From positions 4,854-68,853 of the forward strand of contig CAZRLK010000003.1 in NCBI GenBank assembly GCA_964600555.1: a stretch of 64,000 bases of DNA, given 5' to 3'. The notes beneath the pieces are model-generated. The model did no database searches. It was not told the origin of the DNA and saw nothing but the letters and a program-made list of their open reading frames with translations. Source of the stretch: an uncultured Bradymonadales bacterium (GTDB lineage Bacteria > Myxococcota_A > Bradymonadia > Bradymonadales > Bradymonadaceae). How positions within the stretch are numbered: the first letter of the stretch is position 1; every line of letters starts with the position of its first letter. This document shows positions 19,789-28,671 of the stretch, in pieces. The position numbers and the translations under genes were made by a program.

Positions 19789-19915
19789 AAATCTACTCCT
19801 CGCTGGATACACTCTCCATCAGTTCAATCTCGCTCCTTTACTTACCGGCTAGCCCGCGCGACCGCAAGATCGCCGCCGGCGGGCCATCCCCCGTTTTGCC
19901 GTCGGCCGTAGCCCC

Positions 19916-21262
19916 TCAATACCGCTCCTCGAGCCACCCGGTGTGGACGTCGCCTTCCCGGAACGCCTCCGATTGCAACACGTCCAGGTGCATCGCCTTG
20001 TTCGTCGTCAGCCCGCCGATCTCGTAGTCCTCGAGCGCGCCGACCATCCGGTCGATCGCCTGCGAGCGGTTCTCGCCGTGGGTGACGAGCTTGGCGACCA
20101 GCGGGTCGTAGTAGCGCGTGATCTCGAAGTTCTCCCGGGCGCCCGAGTCGACGCGCACTCCCTCGCCGGAGGGCTCCGAGTAGGTCGTGATTTCGCCGGG
20201 CTGGGGCATGAAGTTTTTGTCCGGGTCCTCGGCGTAGATGCGGCACTGGATCGAGTGGCCCCGCATCTTGAAATCCTCCTGGACGAACTCCAGCGGCTCG
20301 CCGTTCGCGATGCGCAACTGGTGCTCGACGATGTCCTGGCCGGTGATCATCTCGGTGACCGTGTGCTCGACCTGCAGCCGGGTGTTCATCTCGATGAAAT
20401 AGAAGTTCCCGTCGTTGTCGGCGACGAACTCGACGGTGCCGGCGTTGGTGTATTCGGCGGCGTCGGCGAGGTCGACGGCCGCCTCGGCCATCTCCGTGCG
20501 GAGCCCGCCGATCGAGTTGGTCAGCATCGAGGGCGTCTCCTCGATGACCTTCTGGTGGCGGCGCTGCACGGAGCATTCGCGCTCGAACATGTGCAGGGTC
20601 TTGCCGTGGTTGTCCGCCAGGATCTGGATTTCGAGGTGCCGCGGGTTTTCGATGTATTTTTCCATGTAGACGGTCGGGTCGCCGAACGACGACTCGGCGC
20701 GCCTCTGGGCGGCCTGGAAGGCCTTCCCGAGCGCGTCGGCGTCGTCGGCCTTGCGCATCCCGATCCCGCCTCCGCCGGCGGCCGCCTTGACCAGTACCGG
20801 GTAGCCGACCTCCTCGGCGAACGCCTCGGCGGCGTCGACGCTGTCGACCGGCCCGTCGGAGCCGGGGACGACCGGCACGCCGGCGTTTTCGGCGAACTCC
20901 CGGGCGTCGGCCTTGTCGCCCATCAACTCCATCACCTCGGCGCGCGGCCCGACGAACGTCAGGTCGTCTTGCGCCTCGACCTCCTCGACGAACTCGGGGT
21001 TTTCGCTCAACAGCCCGTAGCCGGGGTGGATCGCCTCGGCGTCGGTCTCCTCGGCGACCTCCAGGATCTTCGGGATGTCGAGGTAGCTGTCGAGCACCGG
21101 CGCCGGACCGATGTGGTGCGCCTCGTCGGCGATCTGGGTGTGGGGCGCCCCCTCGTCGGCGTCGCTGTAGACGGTGATCGTGTGGATGCCGAGTTGGTTG
21201 CAGGTCCTCGCAACACGTGCGGCGATCTCTCCACGATTGGCGATCAGAACTCGGTCGAACAT
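19916..21262 (-). CDS. accC: Biotin carboxylase (ATP-grasp)
   Basis: ATG at 21262 after GGAGGTG. MFDRVLIANRGEIAARVARTC N-terminus, GGGGIGMR, FIEMNTRLQVEHTVTE. Confidence 0.9.
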   Translation of the reverse strand: MFDRVLIANRGEIAARVARTCNQLGIHTITVYSDADEGAPHTQIADEAHHIGPAPVLDSYLDIPKILEVAEETDAEAIHPGYGLLSENPEFVEEVEAQDDLTFVGPRAEVMELMGDKADAREFAENAGVPVVPGSDGPVDSVDAAEAFAEEVGYPVLVKAAAGGGGIGMRKADDADALGKAFQAAQRRAESSFGDPTVYMEKYIENPRHLEIQILADNHGKTLHMFERECSVQRRHQKVIEETPSMLTNSIGGLRTEMAEAAVDLADAAEYTNAGTVEFVADNDGNFYFIEMNTRLQVEHTVTEMITGQDIVEHQLRIANGEPLEFVQEDFKMRGHSIQCRIYAEDPDKNFMPQPGEITTYSEPSGEGVRVDSGARENFEITRYYDPLVAKLVTHGENRSQAIDRMVGALEDYEIGGLTTNKAMHLDVLQSEAFREGDVHTGWLEERY

Positions 21263-21452
21263 GCGTCACCTCCGATGTCAGTATCCGATACGTCGGTACA
21301 AGTGAGCGTTTACTAACTTCGCGGCATGTCGGTTAGCACAGGGGGCGAAAAACCGTCAATGCGACGACCCGGAGCGGTCCGTGTGTCGCGGTCCGGAGAC
21401 AGCTACGGCAAACCGCAAAGCACCCGCAGGGCACAGGGACGCAAAGCACGCG

Positions 21453-21588
21453 AAGGCGCCCTCGGGCTCCCGGCGGTCCGGGATCCGTTACGCCAAGATC
21501 GCCAAGCTCGCCAAGATCGCCAAGGCGCCCTCGGGCTCCCGGCGGTCCGGGATCAGTTACGCCAAGGCGTCCTCGGGCCCCCGACAGG
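21453..21588. repeat. Intergenic repeat array A: two 45-bp copies at 69-bp spacing plus a partial third, bridged by 3 x 9-bp (A/C)TCGCCAAG
   Basis: AAGGCGCCCTCGGGCTCCCGGCGGTCCGGGATC(C/A)GTTACGCCAAG at 21453 and 21522. ATCGCCAAG CTCGCCAAG ATCGCCAAG at 21498-21524. Degenerate third copy to 21588. Confidence 0.85.
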
Positions 21589-21657
21589 ACCCGCTCAATC
21601 GAGGCACCGGCCCGGGAGACGCCGTCTCCCGGGAGGTCGCCGCAACCGGAGCGCAGT

Positions 21658-21681
21658 GAAAAGCCTGGAGTCCGGCTTTTC
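21658..21681. terminator. Bidirectional terminator-like hairpin inside a divergent intergenic region
   Basis: GAAAAGCCTGGAGTCCGGCTTTTC: an A-run, a GC stem (one bulge) and a T-run, readable on both strands. A 10-bp perfect hairpin CCCGGGAGAC-GCC-GTCTCCCGGG lies just upstream at 21611-21633. Confidence 0.35.
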
Positions 21682-21758
21682 ATCTGCGTCCGCATGAGGC
21701 GACCCGGGCGGCTTCGCCGCCGACCGGTGCCGTCGGTTGCGGGAGGCGCGCCGGGTGT

Positions 21759-21986
21759 TCTTGGCGTCTTGGCGTCTTGGCGTCTTGGCGAACCCGACCG
21801 GGCGCGTCGAGAGCCCTCGACGTCCCGGCGAACCCGACCGGGCGCGTCGAGAGCCCTCGACGTCCTGGCGAACCCGACCGGGCGCGTCGAGAGCCCTCGA
21901 CGTTCTGGCGAATGCGACCGAGCGCGTCGAGAGCCCTCGACGTTTTGGCGAATCCGACCGTGCGCGGGCGGCCCCGGCGAACGGTA
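21759..21986. repeat. Intergenic repeat array B: 4 x 8-bp TCTTGGCG followed by 5 x 40-bp units, each with an internal hairpin
   Basis: TCTTGGCG x4 at 21759-21790. Unit GGCGAACCCGACCGGGCGCGTCGAGAGCCCTCGACGTCC(C/T) starts at 21787, 21827, 21867, 21907 and 21947, with the last two degenerate. Each unit contains CGTCGAG-AGCC-CTCGACG. CTTGGCG is the reverse complement of the CGCCAAG words of array A. Confidence 0.9.
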
Positions 21987-22169
21987 CCGTGGCCGGCGCA
22001 TTGGCAAAGTCGCGCCGTCGACCTATCGTCGAGACCTGCGAGACGATAGTTCAGCGGAGATCCCCGTCCGTCGTCGCAGCAGTCGGTCCGTCGGTGATAT
22101 CGACGCCACGCGATCGGGACCGAGGGCGGCGGACAGCGCATCCAGTTGCCTCCAACACGGGTCGATTCC

Positions 22170-23789
22170 ATGCGAATCCACATCTGCTCACTCCTCGCTG
22201 CGACCGTCGTGATCGGCGCCTGCTCGGGCGGCTCGAACAACGGGGCTCGACCGAACTCGCCCTCCGACACCTCGGCGGACGACGCCGTGAGCCCCGACAC
22301 CGCGAGTCCCGACGCCGGCCCGACCGATCCGTCGACTCCCGACACCTCGCCCGGGGACGCCGCGACCGCCGATACCGCCGGGGACGCGAGCGCCGGCGAC
22401 ACCGACCCGTCGGATGGCGGCTCCGAGGAGATGCACACCTTCCGCATCACCTCGCCGCGCTCGGAGCGCCCGGTCGAATACCGGCTGCACGTGGTGGCCG
22501 AGCCCGAGAAGGTCCGCGACGGCAGCCGCTTCGAGGCCGAGGAGGACAACGACACCATTGCCGACCGCGAGGAGGTCTGGGCGATCACCGGCGAGACCGG
22601 CACCGCCGCCTCCTCCGAGCAGGTCCACGGCGATTCGTACCGCTGGCCGCGGGTCGACGACCCGGCCTGGGGCATCGCCGGCTGGTCGACCGACGCGCCC
22701 GCCGACGACTACACGATCACCATCGACGGCGAGGAGGTCGATCCGTCCGAACTCCCCGAGATCGACGACGAGACCGGGACGCCCGAGGATTGCCTCGGCG
22801 GCGGCGAATGCTACGCGCGGCCGGTGCGCGCCGCCGACGCCGATATCACCGTCGAGGCCCCGGCGACCCTCGAGGACCTGCAATCGGCCCTCCAGGACGC
22901 CTCCCGCAGCGAGGTCGTCTTCGTCGACGCGGCCGCCGAGATCGATCTCGGCTACTTCCCGGACTCCCCCTCGATCGAGGTTCCCGCCGGTGTCACGCTC
23001 GCCGGCGACCGCGGCGTCGACGGCTCCGAGGGCGCCCGGCTGCACGGCGACAAAAAGCCCGGCAGCGACTGGCAGGGCTCCGACACGATCCGGGTCGGCG
23101 ACGACACCCGCATCACCGGCCTGCGCATCGAGGGGCCGACCCCGGATCGCGACATGAACTGGCTGGGCGACGACCACGATTACACCGACGGCATCGACGT
23201 CGGCGACGCCTCGGGCGTCGAGATCGACAACAACGAGCTGTACGGCTGGCCGTACGCCGCCATCAGCGGCGGGAATCCGGTCCACGTCCACCACAACTTC
23301 ATCCACGACAACGACCAGAGCGGCCTCGGCTACGGGGTCGCCTCGTCGAAATGGGACTCGACCATCGAGTACAACCGCTTCGAGCGAAACCGCCACGCCG
23401 TCGCCGGCAGCGGCTCCGAGGGCGACGGGTACATCGTCCGCCACAACGTCTTCGGCTCCGAGGGCATCGGCGGCGCCGGCCACAAAATCGACATGCACGA
23501 AGACCCCGACAGCGCCGGGGACGCCGGCTCCCGGATCGAGATCTACAACAACACCGTCGAATTCGCCGACGCCCAGGCCGTGTACCTCCGGGCGACGCCC
23601 CGCGAGTCGGCCGAGATCTACGACAACTGGTTTTACAACGACACGCAGCCGTGCCTCTCCCAGAACGCCGACGGCTACTGCGCGATTCAGGTCAGAGCCG
23701 ACGACTTCACCAACGTCGACTATCACGACAACCACTACGGCGCCGATGAGCCGGACTGCGGGGTCGGTGCGCCCCGGGACGGGTGTTGA
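22170..23789 (+). CDS. Lipoprotein with right-handed parallel beta-helix repeats (pectate-lyase-fold)
   Basis: ATG at 22170 giving MRIHICSLLAATVVIGACSGG (lipobox). Beta-helix repeat-like run NNELYGWPYAAISGGNPVHVHHNFIHDNDQSGLGYGVAS...IEYNRFERNRHAVAGSG...IVRHNVFGSEG...IEIYNNTVEF. Confidence 0.7.
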   Translation: MRIHICSLLAATVVIGACSGGSNNGARPNSPSDTSADDAVSPDTASPDAGPTDPSTPDTSPGDAATADTAGDASAGDTDPSDGGSEEMHTFRITSPRSERPVEYRLHVVAEPEKVRDGSRFEAEEDNDTIADREEVWAITGETGTAASSEQVHGDSYRWPRVDDPAWGIAGWSTDAPADDYTITIDGEEVDPSELPEIDDETGTPEDCLGGGECYARPVRAADADITVEAPATLEDLQSALQDASRSEVVFVDAAAEIDLGYFPDSPSIEVPAGVTLAGDRGVDGSEGARLHGDKKPGSDWQGSDTIRVGDDTRITGLRIEGPTPDRDMNWLGDDHDYTDGIDVGDASGVEIDNNELYGWPYAAISGGNPVHVHHNFIHDNDQSGLGYGVASSKWDSTIEYNRFERNRHAVAGSGSEGDGYIVRHNVFGSEGIGGAGHKIDMHEDPDSAGDAGSRIEIYNNTVEFADAQAVYLRATPRESAEIYDNWFYNDTQPCLSQNADGYCAIQVRADDFTNVDYHDNHYGADEPDCGVGAPRDGC

Positions 23790-24388
23790 GCGGGGGCGGA
23801 GACGTCGGCTCGTCGGAATCGCGCTTTACGTCGCTTCGAGTCGTCTACGGTGCCGCTGAGATACATGGCTCCGAGAGCTGACACCGGACGTTCGTCGCCG
23901 TCGATCGAGCAAAGCGATGGAAGCGCGGGAGAGCCGGGGTGGGGAGATTCGGAGATCGGAGGTGTGAAGGGGGTACCCGGGGGGGATCCCCCCGGGGTGG
24001 GGGTGGTCGCTGCGATCCGGATGCGACAAATTTGCGTCGGCAAGGCAGAGCGTGCGATCCCGATGGCGCGGAAAACGATCTGGACGGCTCCGGCCACGGA
24101 CGCGATCGGCGCGAAGCGACGGCGGGAAGGCACCGACAAGGGGTGGCGTCGACGCGTCGCGGCGGCTCGAAGGTCCCGACCGGGGGTGGCGGCGGCACGC
24201 TGCGGCGTTTCGGCGGTGGTGAGAAGGGGATCCCCGGCGGGGATCGCGACGACTCGTCCGTTGCGGGAACGACCGGGGATCGAATTTTGCGGCGTCTGGA
24301 AGGCACCGGGAACGATCGGTGGTCGAAATTTGCGACGTCTGGATCGCACCGGCAAGGGGGGGAGCGACGACATTGGACAATCACATAC

Positions 24389-24480
24389 ATCGGACCATCG
24401 GACGCATCGGACCATCGGACGAGCGGACCATCGGACGAACTGAAAAACCAGCGGCGCGGACAATCGGACGGATCGGACGA
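24389..24480. repeat. ATCGGAC short-period repeat array (left copy)
   Basis: Seven exact ATCGGAC words at 24389, 24397, 24406, 24414, 24430, 24463 and 24472. The array embeds GGACCATCGGACGAACTGAAAAAC. Confidence 0.9.
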
Positions 24481-24568
24481 GCGGTTGGCATGAGCGGTTG
24501 CGCGATCGACCGGGTTTTGTTCTCATGGCGCTCCGAGATTCGAGACTCGAGACCGGGCGGAGGGCCCG

Positions 24569-25090
24569 ATGGACATCGACGAGGAGAGCGGCGTGGAGGG
24601 CGGGGCGGAGGGCGCCTCGATCGGAGAGGCGGTGGTGGTCGTGCTCGCCGGGGTGTTGGCCTGGATTCCGCTTGCGGCCTTCGCCGTCGGCATGGCCGAG
24701 GTGCCGGAGTTCGTCCACGCCGGCGTGGTGCATTTTATCGACCTGTTCGAGTCGTTCGGCCAACGGATCGGTTGCCACGTCGGCTGCACCCCGCCGGCCT
24801 ACGCGGTGATGGTCGCGCTGGTGGTCGCCTGGGGCGGCGAGAGCGTCGCATTTGCCGTCCACGCCTTCCGATCCGGACACGTCGAATCGTACTGGCTCGG
24901 GTTCCTGGCGGCCGGCGTCTTGTTCCCGATCTTTTTGCCGGTCGTCCTGCCGGCCTACTGGGCGGCGAACGTGTACGTGCCGTACCGCGACCGGAGAGAA
25001 CTCAGCGAGATCGACGGCGCGGTCGACCCGCCCCCCTCCGAGGGCGCCGGGGCGGAGGACGACCGGGAGCGAGACTACATCGAGCTGTGA
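24569..25090 (+). CDS. Hypothetical small integral membrane protein
   Basis: ATG at 24569 after GGAGGG. Four hydrophobic helices (VVVVLAGVLAWIPLAAFAVG..., VMVALVVAWGG..., WLGFLAAGVLFPIFLPVVLPAYW). The stop lies 3 nt before the GT2 start. Confidence 0.55.
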   Translation: MDIDEESGVEGGAEGASIGEAVVVVLAGVLAWIPLAAFAVGMAEVPEFVHAGVVHFIDLFESFGQRIGCHVGCTPPAYAVMVALVVAWGGESVAFAVHAFRSGHVESYWLGFLAAGVLFPIFLPVVLPAYWAANVYVPYRDRRELSEIDGAVDPPPSEGAGAEDDRERDYIEL

Positions 25091-25093
25091 GCG

Positions 25094-26257
25094 ATGTTCG
25101 TTTCCATCGTCATTCTGGTCGCCGCCACGAGCCTCGGGTGGGTCGCCTTTTGTGGCTGGTCGGGCTACCACCTCCGGCGGGTCGAGACGCTCGGCGACTG
25201 GCAGGGTCCGGCGCCCGCTCGCTGGCCGTCGGTCTCGATCATCGTCCCGGCCTGCAACGAGGCCGACCGGCTCGAGGGGGCGATGCAGTCGCTGGTCGAG
25301 CTCGCGTATCCGAACCTCGAGATCATCCTGGTCGAGGATCGCTCCGAGGATGCGACGCCCGAGATCGCCGACCGGCTGGCCGCCGAGCATCCGCGCCTGG
25401 AGGTCGTCCACGTCGAAAAGCTGCCGGAGGGGTGGCTGGGGAAGGTGCACGCGCTGCATCGGGGCGTCGAGCGCGCCTCCGGCGAGTGGCTGTTGTTCAC
25501 CGACGCCGACATCCACTACGAGCCGGACCTGCTGGGGCGGGCGATCCGGGCGGCCGTCGACCGCGATCTCCATCATCTCTCGCTGCTGCCCGACATGCGC
25601 GCCGAGGGGTTCTGGCACGAGGCGTCGGTGCTCGTGTTCGTCAGCGTCCTGCTCGGCATCACCCCTCGCCGGACGGAGCGAGGTGAGACCGACGAGTTCG
25701 TCGGCATCGGCGCGTTCAACCTGGTGCGGCGCGAGGCCTTCGAGCGCACCGAGGGCTTCGAGTGGCTGCGCATGGAGATCGCCGACGACGCCGGCCTCGG
25801 GCTGATGATCAATCGCCACGGGGGCCGGTCGGGGTTCGCCCTGGCGACCGACGGGCTGGCGGTCGACATCTACGAGTCGCTCGGCGACGCCGTCCGGGGG
25901 CTCGAAAAAAACGGCTTCCCGGTGATGGCGCAGTTCAGTTGGCTGCGGGTGCTGGGGGCCGGGGGCGTCGGTGTGTTGGCGTGCGCCGGTCCGCTGGTCG
26001 GTCTGGCGTGGCCCGCACTCGGCGCCTGGCCGCTGTCGCTGGCGGTGCTGGGCGCGATGGTCGGATGGGCCGCGGTCGGGGCCGACGCCCTGGATCGATC
26101 GCCGTGGCCGTTCCTCGCGGCACCCGTCGCCCAGTTGTTCCTCGTCTGGGGCGTGCTGCGCTCGGCAATCCTGTGCACCCGTCGCGGAGGTGTCGAGTGG
26201 CGCGGGACCCGCTATCCGCTCGACGACCTGCGCGACGGGCAGCGCCTGGAGATGTAG
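25094..26257 (+). CDS. Family 2 glycosyltransferase with C-terminal TM region (CrtQ/HpnI-like layout)
   Basis: SIIVPACNEADRLEGAMQSLVELAYPNLEIILVEDRSEDAT, PEGWLGKVHAL, LLFTDADIHYEPD (DxD region). Hydrophobic C-terminal third. Confidence 0.85.
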   Translation: MFVSIVILVAATSLGWVAFCGWSGYHLRRVETLGDWQGPAPARWPSVSIIVPACNEADRLEGAMQSLVELAYPNLEIILVEDRSEDATPEIADRLAAEHPRLEVVHVEKLPEGWLGKVHALHRGVERASGEWLLFTDADIHYEPDLLGRAIRAAVDRDLHHLSLLPDMRAEGFWHEASVLVFVSVLLGITPRRTERGETDEFVGIGAFNLVRREAFERTEGFEWLRMEIADDAGLGLMINRHGGRSGFALATDGLAVDIYESLGDAVRGLEKNGFPVMAQFSWLRVLGAGGVGVLACAGPLVGLAWPALGAWPLSLAVLGAMVGWAAVGADALDRSPWPFLAAPVAQLFLVWGVLRSAILCTRRGGVEWRGTRYPLDDLRDGQRLEM

Positions 26258-26265
26258 GCGGAATG

Positions 26266-26430
26266 CATCGGACAATCCGACAATCGGACCATCGGACGAG
26301 CGGACCATCGGACGAATTGAAAAAACGGCCCGGACTATCGGACTATCGGACGAGCGGACCATCGGACGAGCGGACCATCGGACGAACTGAAAAAACGGCA
26401 CGGACAATCGGACGATCGGAGGAGCGGACG
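26266..26430. repeat. ATCGGAC short-period repeat array (right copy, duplicated unit)
   Basis: Nine exact ATCGGAC words between 26267 and 26413, plus variants. Two copies of a ~66-bp unit ending GGACCATCGGACGAA(T/C)TGAAAAAACGGC. Confidence 0.9.
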
Positions 26431-26528
26431 GAGCTGGAGTCGGTTTGACTCGGGCGGTCGGATGTCTCCGATCGGAAGTAGTTCCTCGCGGTTGGCGATC
26501 ATGATTCGTCCATTGGCAGGGGGCCTTC

Positions 26529-28658
26529 GTGGCACGCCCGTTCGGTGTGGGGACGTTCCTTTCGGCGCTGTCTTCAATCCTCCTTTCGATACTCCTCGTC
26601 GCGTCGGCGGCCGGATGCTCGGCCGCCTCCGATCCGGCGGATCCACCGTCGGCCGGCGCAGACGAGCCGTCCGAGCAGCCCGGGGCCGGTGGGGGGCCGG
26701 TCGCCGTCGAGGCGCCGCCGGTGCGGGCGGTCGTCGGCGCGCGGTTCGACCGGCGCGGCGCAGATCGGGAGACGAACACCTACGGGTACCGCGAGCAGAC
26801 CGGGACCCACGAGTTGCTGGTGCTGTTCGCGGGATTCGACGACGCGCCGCTCGTGCACGGAAAGATGTACGGCTCGCGCCGGGAGCTGGTCGACGGGGGG
26901 GATCGGGTCGTCGCGGGCGGAGTCGACGACGAGCTTCTCGGGGTCGAAGACGTGAGCCTGGCGGACTACTACGAGGAGGCCTCCGGCGGGCGGCTGGAGG
27001 TCGAGCCGGAGGTCGACCGGGAGGTCGTCGAGCTGGAGCGCGAATTCCGCGATCATCTCGGAACGGCCGGGCGGCTGTCGGGGGCGGGGGAGCTCGTCGA
27101 GGCGGTGGTGGACGGCTATCACGCACGGGGCGGCGACGTGCTGGCCTACGATTCGTTCGCGGTCGTGGTGCCGGTCTGGCATCGGTGGTCGGCGTGTCCG
27201 AAGGGGCCGGGGGAGACGCCGGTCGGCTCGAAGGCCTACGAGCGGTGTTTCGGCCGCGAGGCGGGCGGGTGTTCCGGCAGCGAGTGCGAGGCGGAGTGCG
27301 GGAACGGCGCGATCGAGCGGGCCGGGGAGGGGTGGTCGGGCGGAAGCGAGGAGTGCGACGACGGGAACGACAGCGAGCTGGACGCGTGTACGAGCGACTG
27401 CCGGTACGCGCATCCGTTCGTCTCGACCGGCGGGTTCGTCTCCGACGGACGGTTCGTGGGACCGCAGGGCGAGCGCAGCGGGCGGCGGCGGTTCATGGTG
27501 CTGCCGACCGCCCAGGAGCTGGTGACGGGGTCGGTTTCGGCGCACGCCGACGATGCGGATGGCGACGGCGATCCGTTCGAGTACGGCGACGGGCAGGTCG
27601 ACGCCTCGAAATCGACGGTGGGGGTGGTGTGCCACGAGTTCGGGCACATCCTCGGATTGCCGGACACCTACGCCGCACGGAGCCCCCGGCCGATGGGGGG
27701 CTGGGATTTGATGGCGAAGGGGGGCTATCACCTGCCGGGGCTCGCTCTGCCGCACCGCGCGGCTCTGGGCTGGGTCGACGAGGCGGCGCTGGCGACTTTC
27801 GATCTGGCGTCCGGGTCGTTCGAGGGGACGGCGACGCTGGCGGCCGGGGCGGCGCCGGGCGGGGGCGACGAGGGGGCGGCGGGCGTGCGGATTCGGCTCG
27901 GGCCGGGGTGGTATCTGTTCGCCGAGTACCGGCGGGGCACCGACGGGCGGCTCGCCGACCCGCCGGCCTCGCCGGTGCCGCGGGCGCCGAAGCCGGGCGA
28001 GGTGGCGGTCACCGAGTTCGTCGCCGAACCGTACGCCCGAAGTGCCGAGCGCCGACCGACGGTGACGGCGGCGCAGGGGACGTTTCCGTACGTCGACGAC
28101 CGATCGCTGCAGGTCGGCCAGACCTTCCGGCAGCCGCAGATCGATAGCGGGCGACGCCTGACGATCGAGCCGACCGAGACCGACGGGTCGGCCGAGATCG
28201 CCGTGCGAAACGGCGAAACCCGCGGGACGTGCACGTCGGACGACGCGTGCGAGGATCTCGGCGACGTGCTCCGATTGCGATCGGCGGAGGAGGGTGCCGA
28301 GCAGGGCCCCGACCTCGAGCGGGCGCCCGCCGGCGGCGAGTCGGGCGAGGTGGTCCCGGGTGTCGACCACGAGATCCGGGCGACGGTGCGCAACGTCACC
28401 GACGAGACCTACAGCGCGGTGGCCGACTTTTACGCGCTGCGGCTCGACGGCGACGAGGGAGCGCGGCGGCCGGCACTGATCGACAGCGACATCGCGACGG
28501 TTCGTCCGGGCGAAAACACGATCACCGGCCGGTGGCGGGCGGCGAACGACAAGGATCTCGAGGTGCGGATCGGGGTCGAGGTGCGGCTGAAGACGTTCGA
28601 CGAGCGGCGAGAGACGGTACGCGAGAACAACCGGGTGTGGGAGGCGTACGGCAACTGA
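26529..28658 (+). CDS. Secreted M6-like (immune inhibitor A-type) zinc metalloprotease lipoprotein with Cys-rich insert
   Basis: GTG at 26529. Lipobox LLSILLVASAAGCSAAS. Zinc site VVCHEFGHILGLPDTY. Insert CGNGAIERAGEGWSGGSEECDDGNDSELDACTSDCRY resembles the myxococcal Cys-rich repeat. Confidence 0.75.
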   Translation: MARPFGVGTFLSALSSILLSILLVASAAGCSAASDPADPPSAGADEPSEQPGAGGGPVAVEAPPVRAVVGARFDRRGADRETNTYGYREQTGTHELLVLFAGFDDAPLVHGKMYGSRRELVDGGDRVVAGGVDDELLGVEDVSLADYYEEASGGRLEVEPEVDREVVELEREFRDHLGTAGRLSGAGELVEAVVDGYHARGGDVLAYDSFAVVVPVWHRWSACPKGPGETPVGSKAYERCFGREAGGCSGSECEAECGNGAIERAGEGWSGGSEECDDGNDSELDACTSDCRYAHPFVSTGGFVSDGRFVGPQGERSGRRRFMVLPTAQELVTGSVSAHADDADGDGDPFEYGDGQVDASKSTVGVVCHEFGHILGLPDTYAARSPRPMGGWDLMAKGGYHLPGLALPHRAALGWVDEAALATFDLASGSFEGTATLAAGAAPGGGDEGAAGVRIRLGPGWYLFAEYRRGTDGRLADPPASPVPRAPKPGEVAVTEFVAEPYARSAERRPTVTAAQGTFPYVDDRSLQVGQTFRQPQIDSGRRLTIEPTETDGSAEIAVRNGETRGTCTSDDACEDLGDVLRLRSAEEGAEQGPDLERAPAGGESGEVVPGVDHEIRATVRNVTDETYSAVADFYALRLDGDEGARRPALIDSDIATVRPGENTITGRWRAANDKDLEVRIGVEVRLKTFDERRETVRENNRVWEAYGN

Positions 28659-28671
28659 CAATATGACAATC

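Noticed and set aside
21787-21986. Possible CRISPR array (regularly spaced 40-bp periodicity with an internal palindrome)
   Set aside because: The entire 40-bp unit repeats head to tail with no unique spacers. There are only five copies, the last two degenerate. No cas genes are present in the window. It is a tandem repeat, not a CRISPR array.
21326-22212. Small ORFs inside the accC upstream spacer (for example 21326-21697 and 21694-22212) as real genes
   Set aside because: Their translations are repeat-derived and Arg/Pro/Gly-rich (for example RDRARREPSTS repeated). They have no RBS, and their frames simply follow the tandem repeats.
23735-26779. 1014-aa minus-strand ORF spanning the beta-helix gene end, the non-coding gap, the membrane protein and the GT2 gene
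   Set aside because: The translation is Arg/Pro/Ala/Gly-rich and not protein-like. It runs antisense to two well-supported plus-strand genes (GT2 motifs) and through repeat arrays. It is a typical high-GC shadow ORF.
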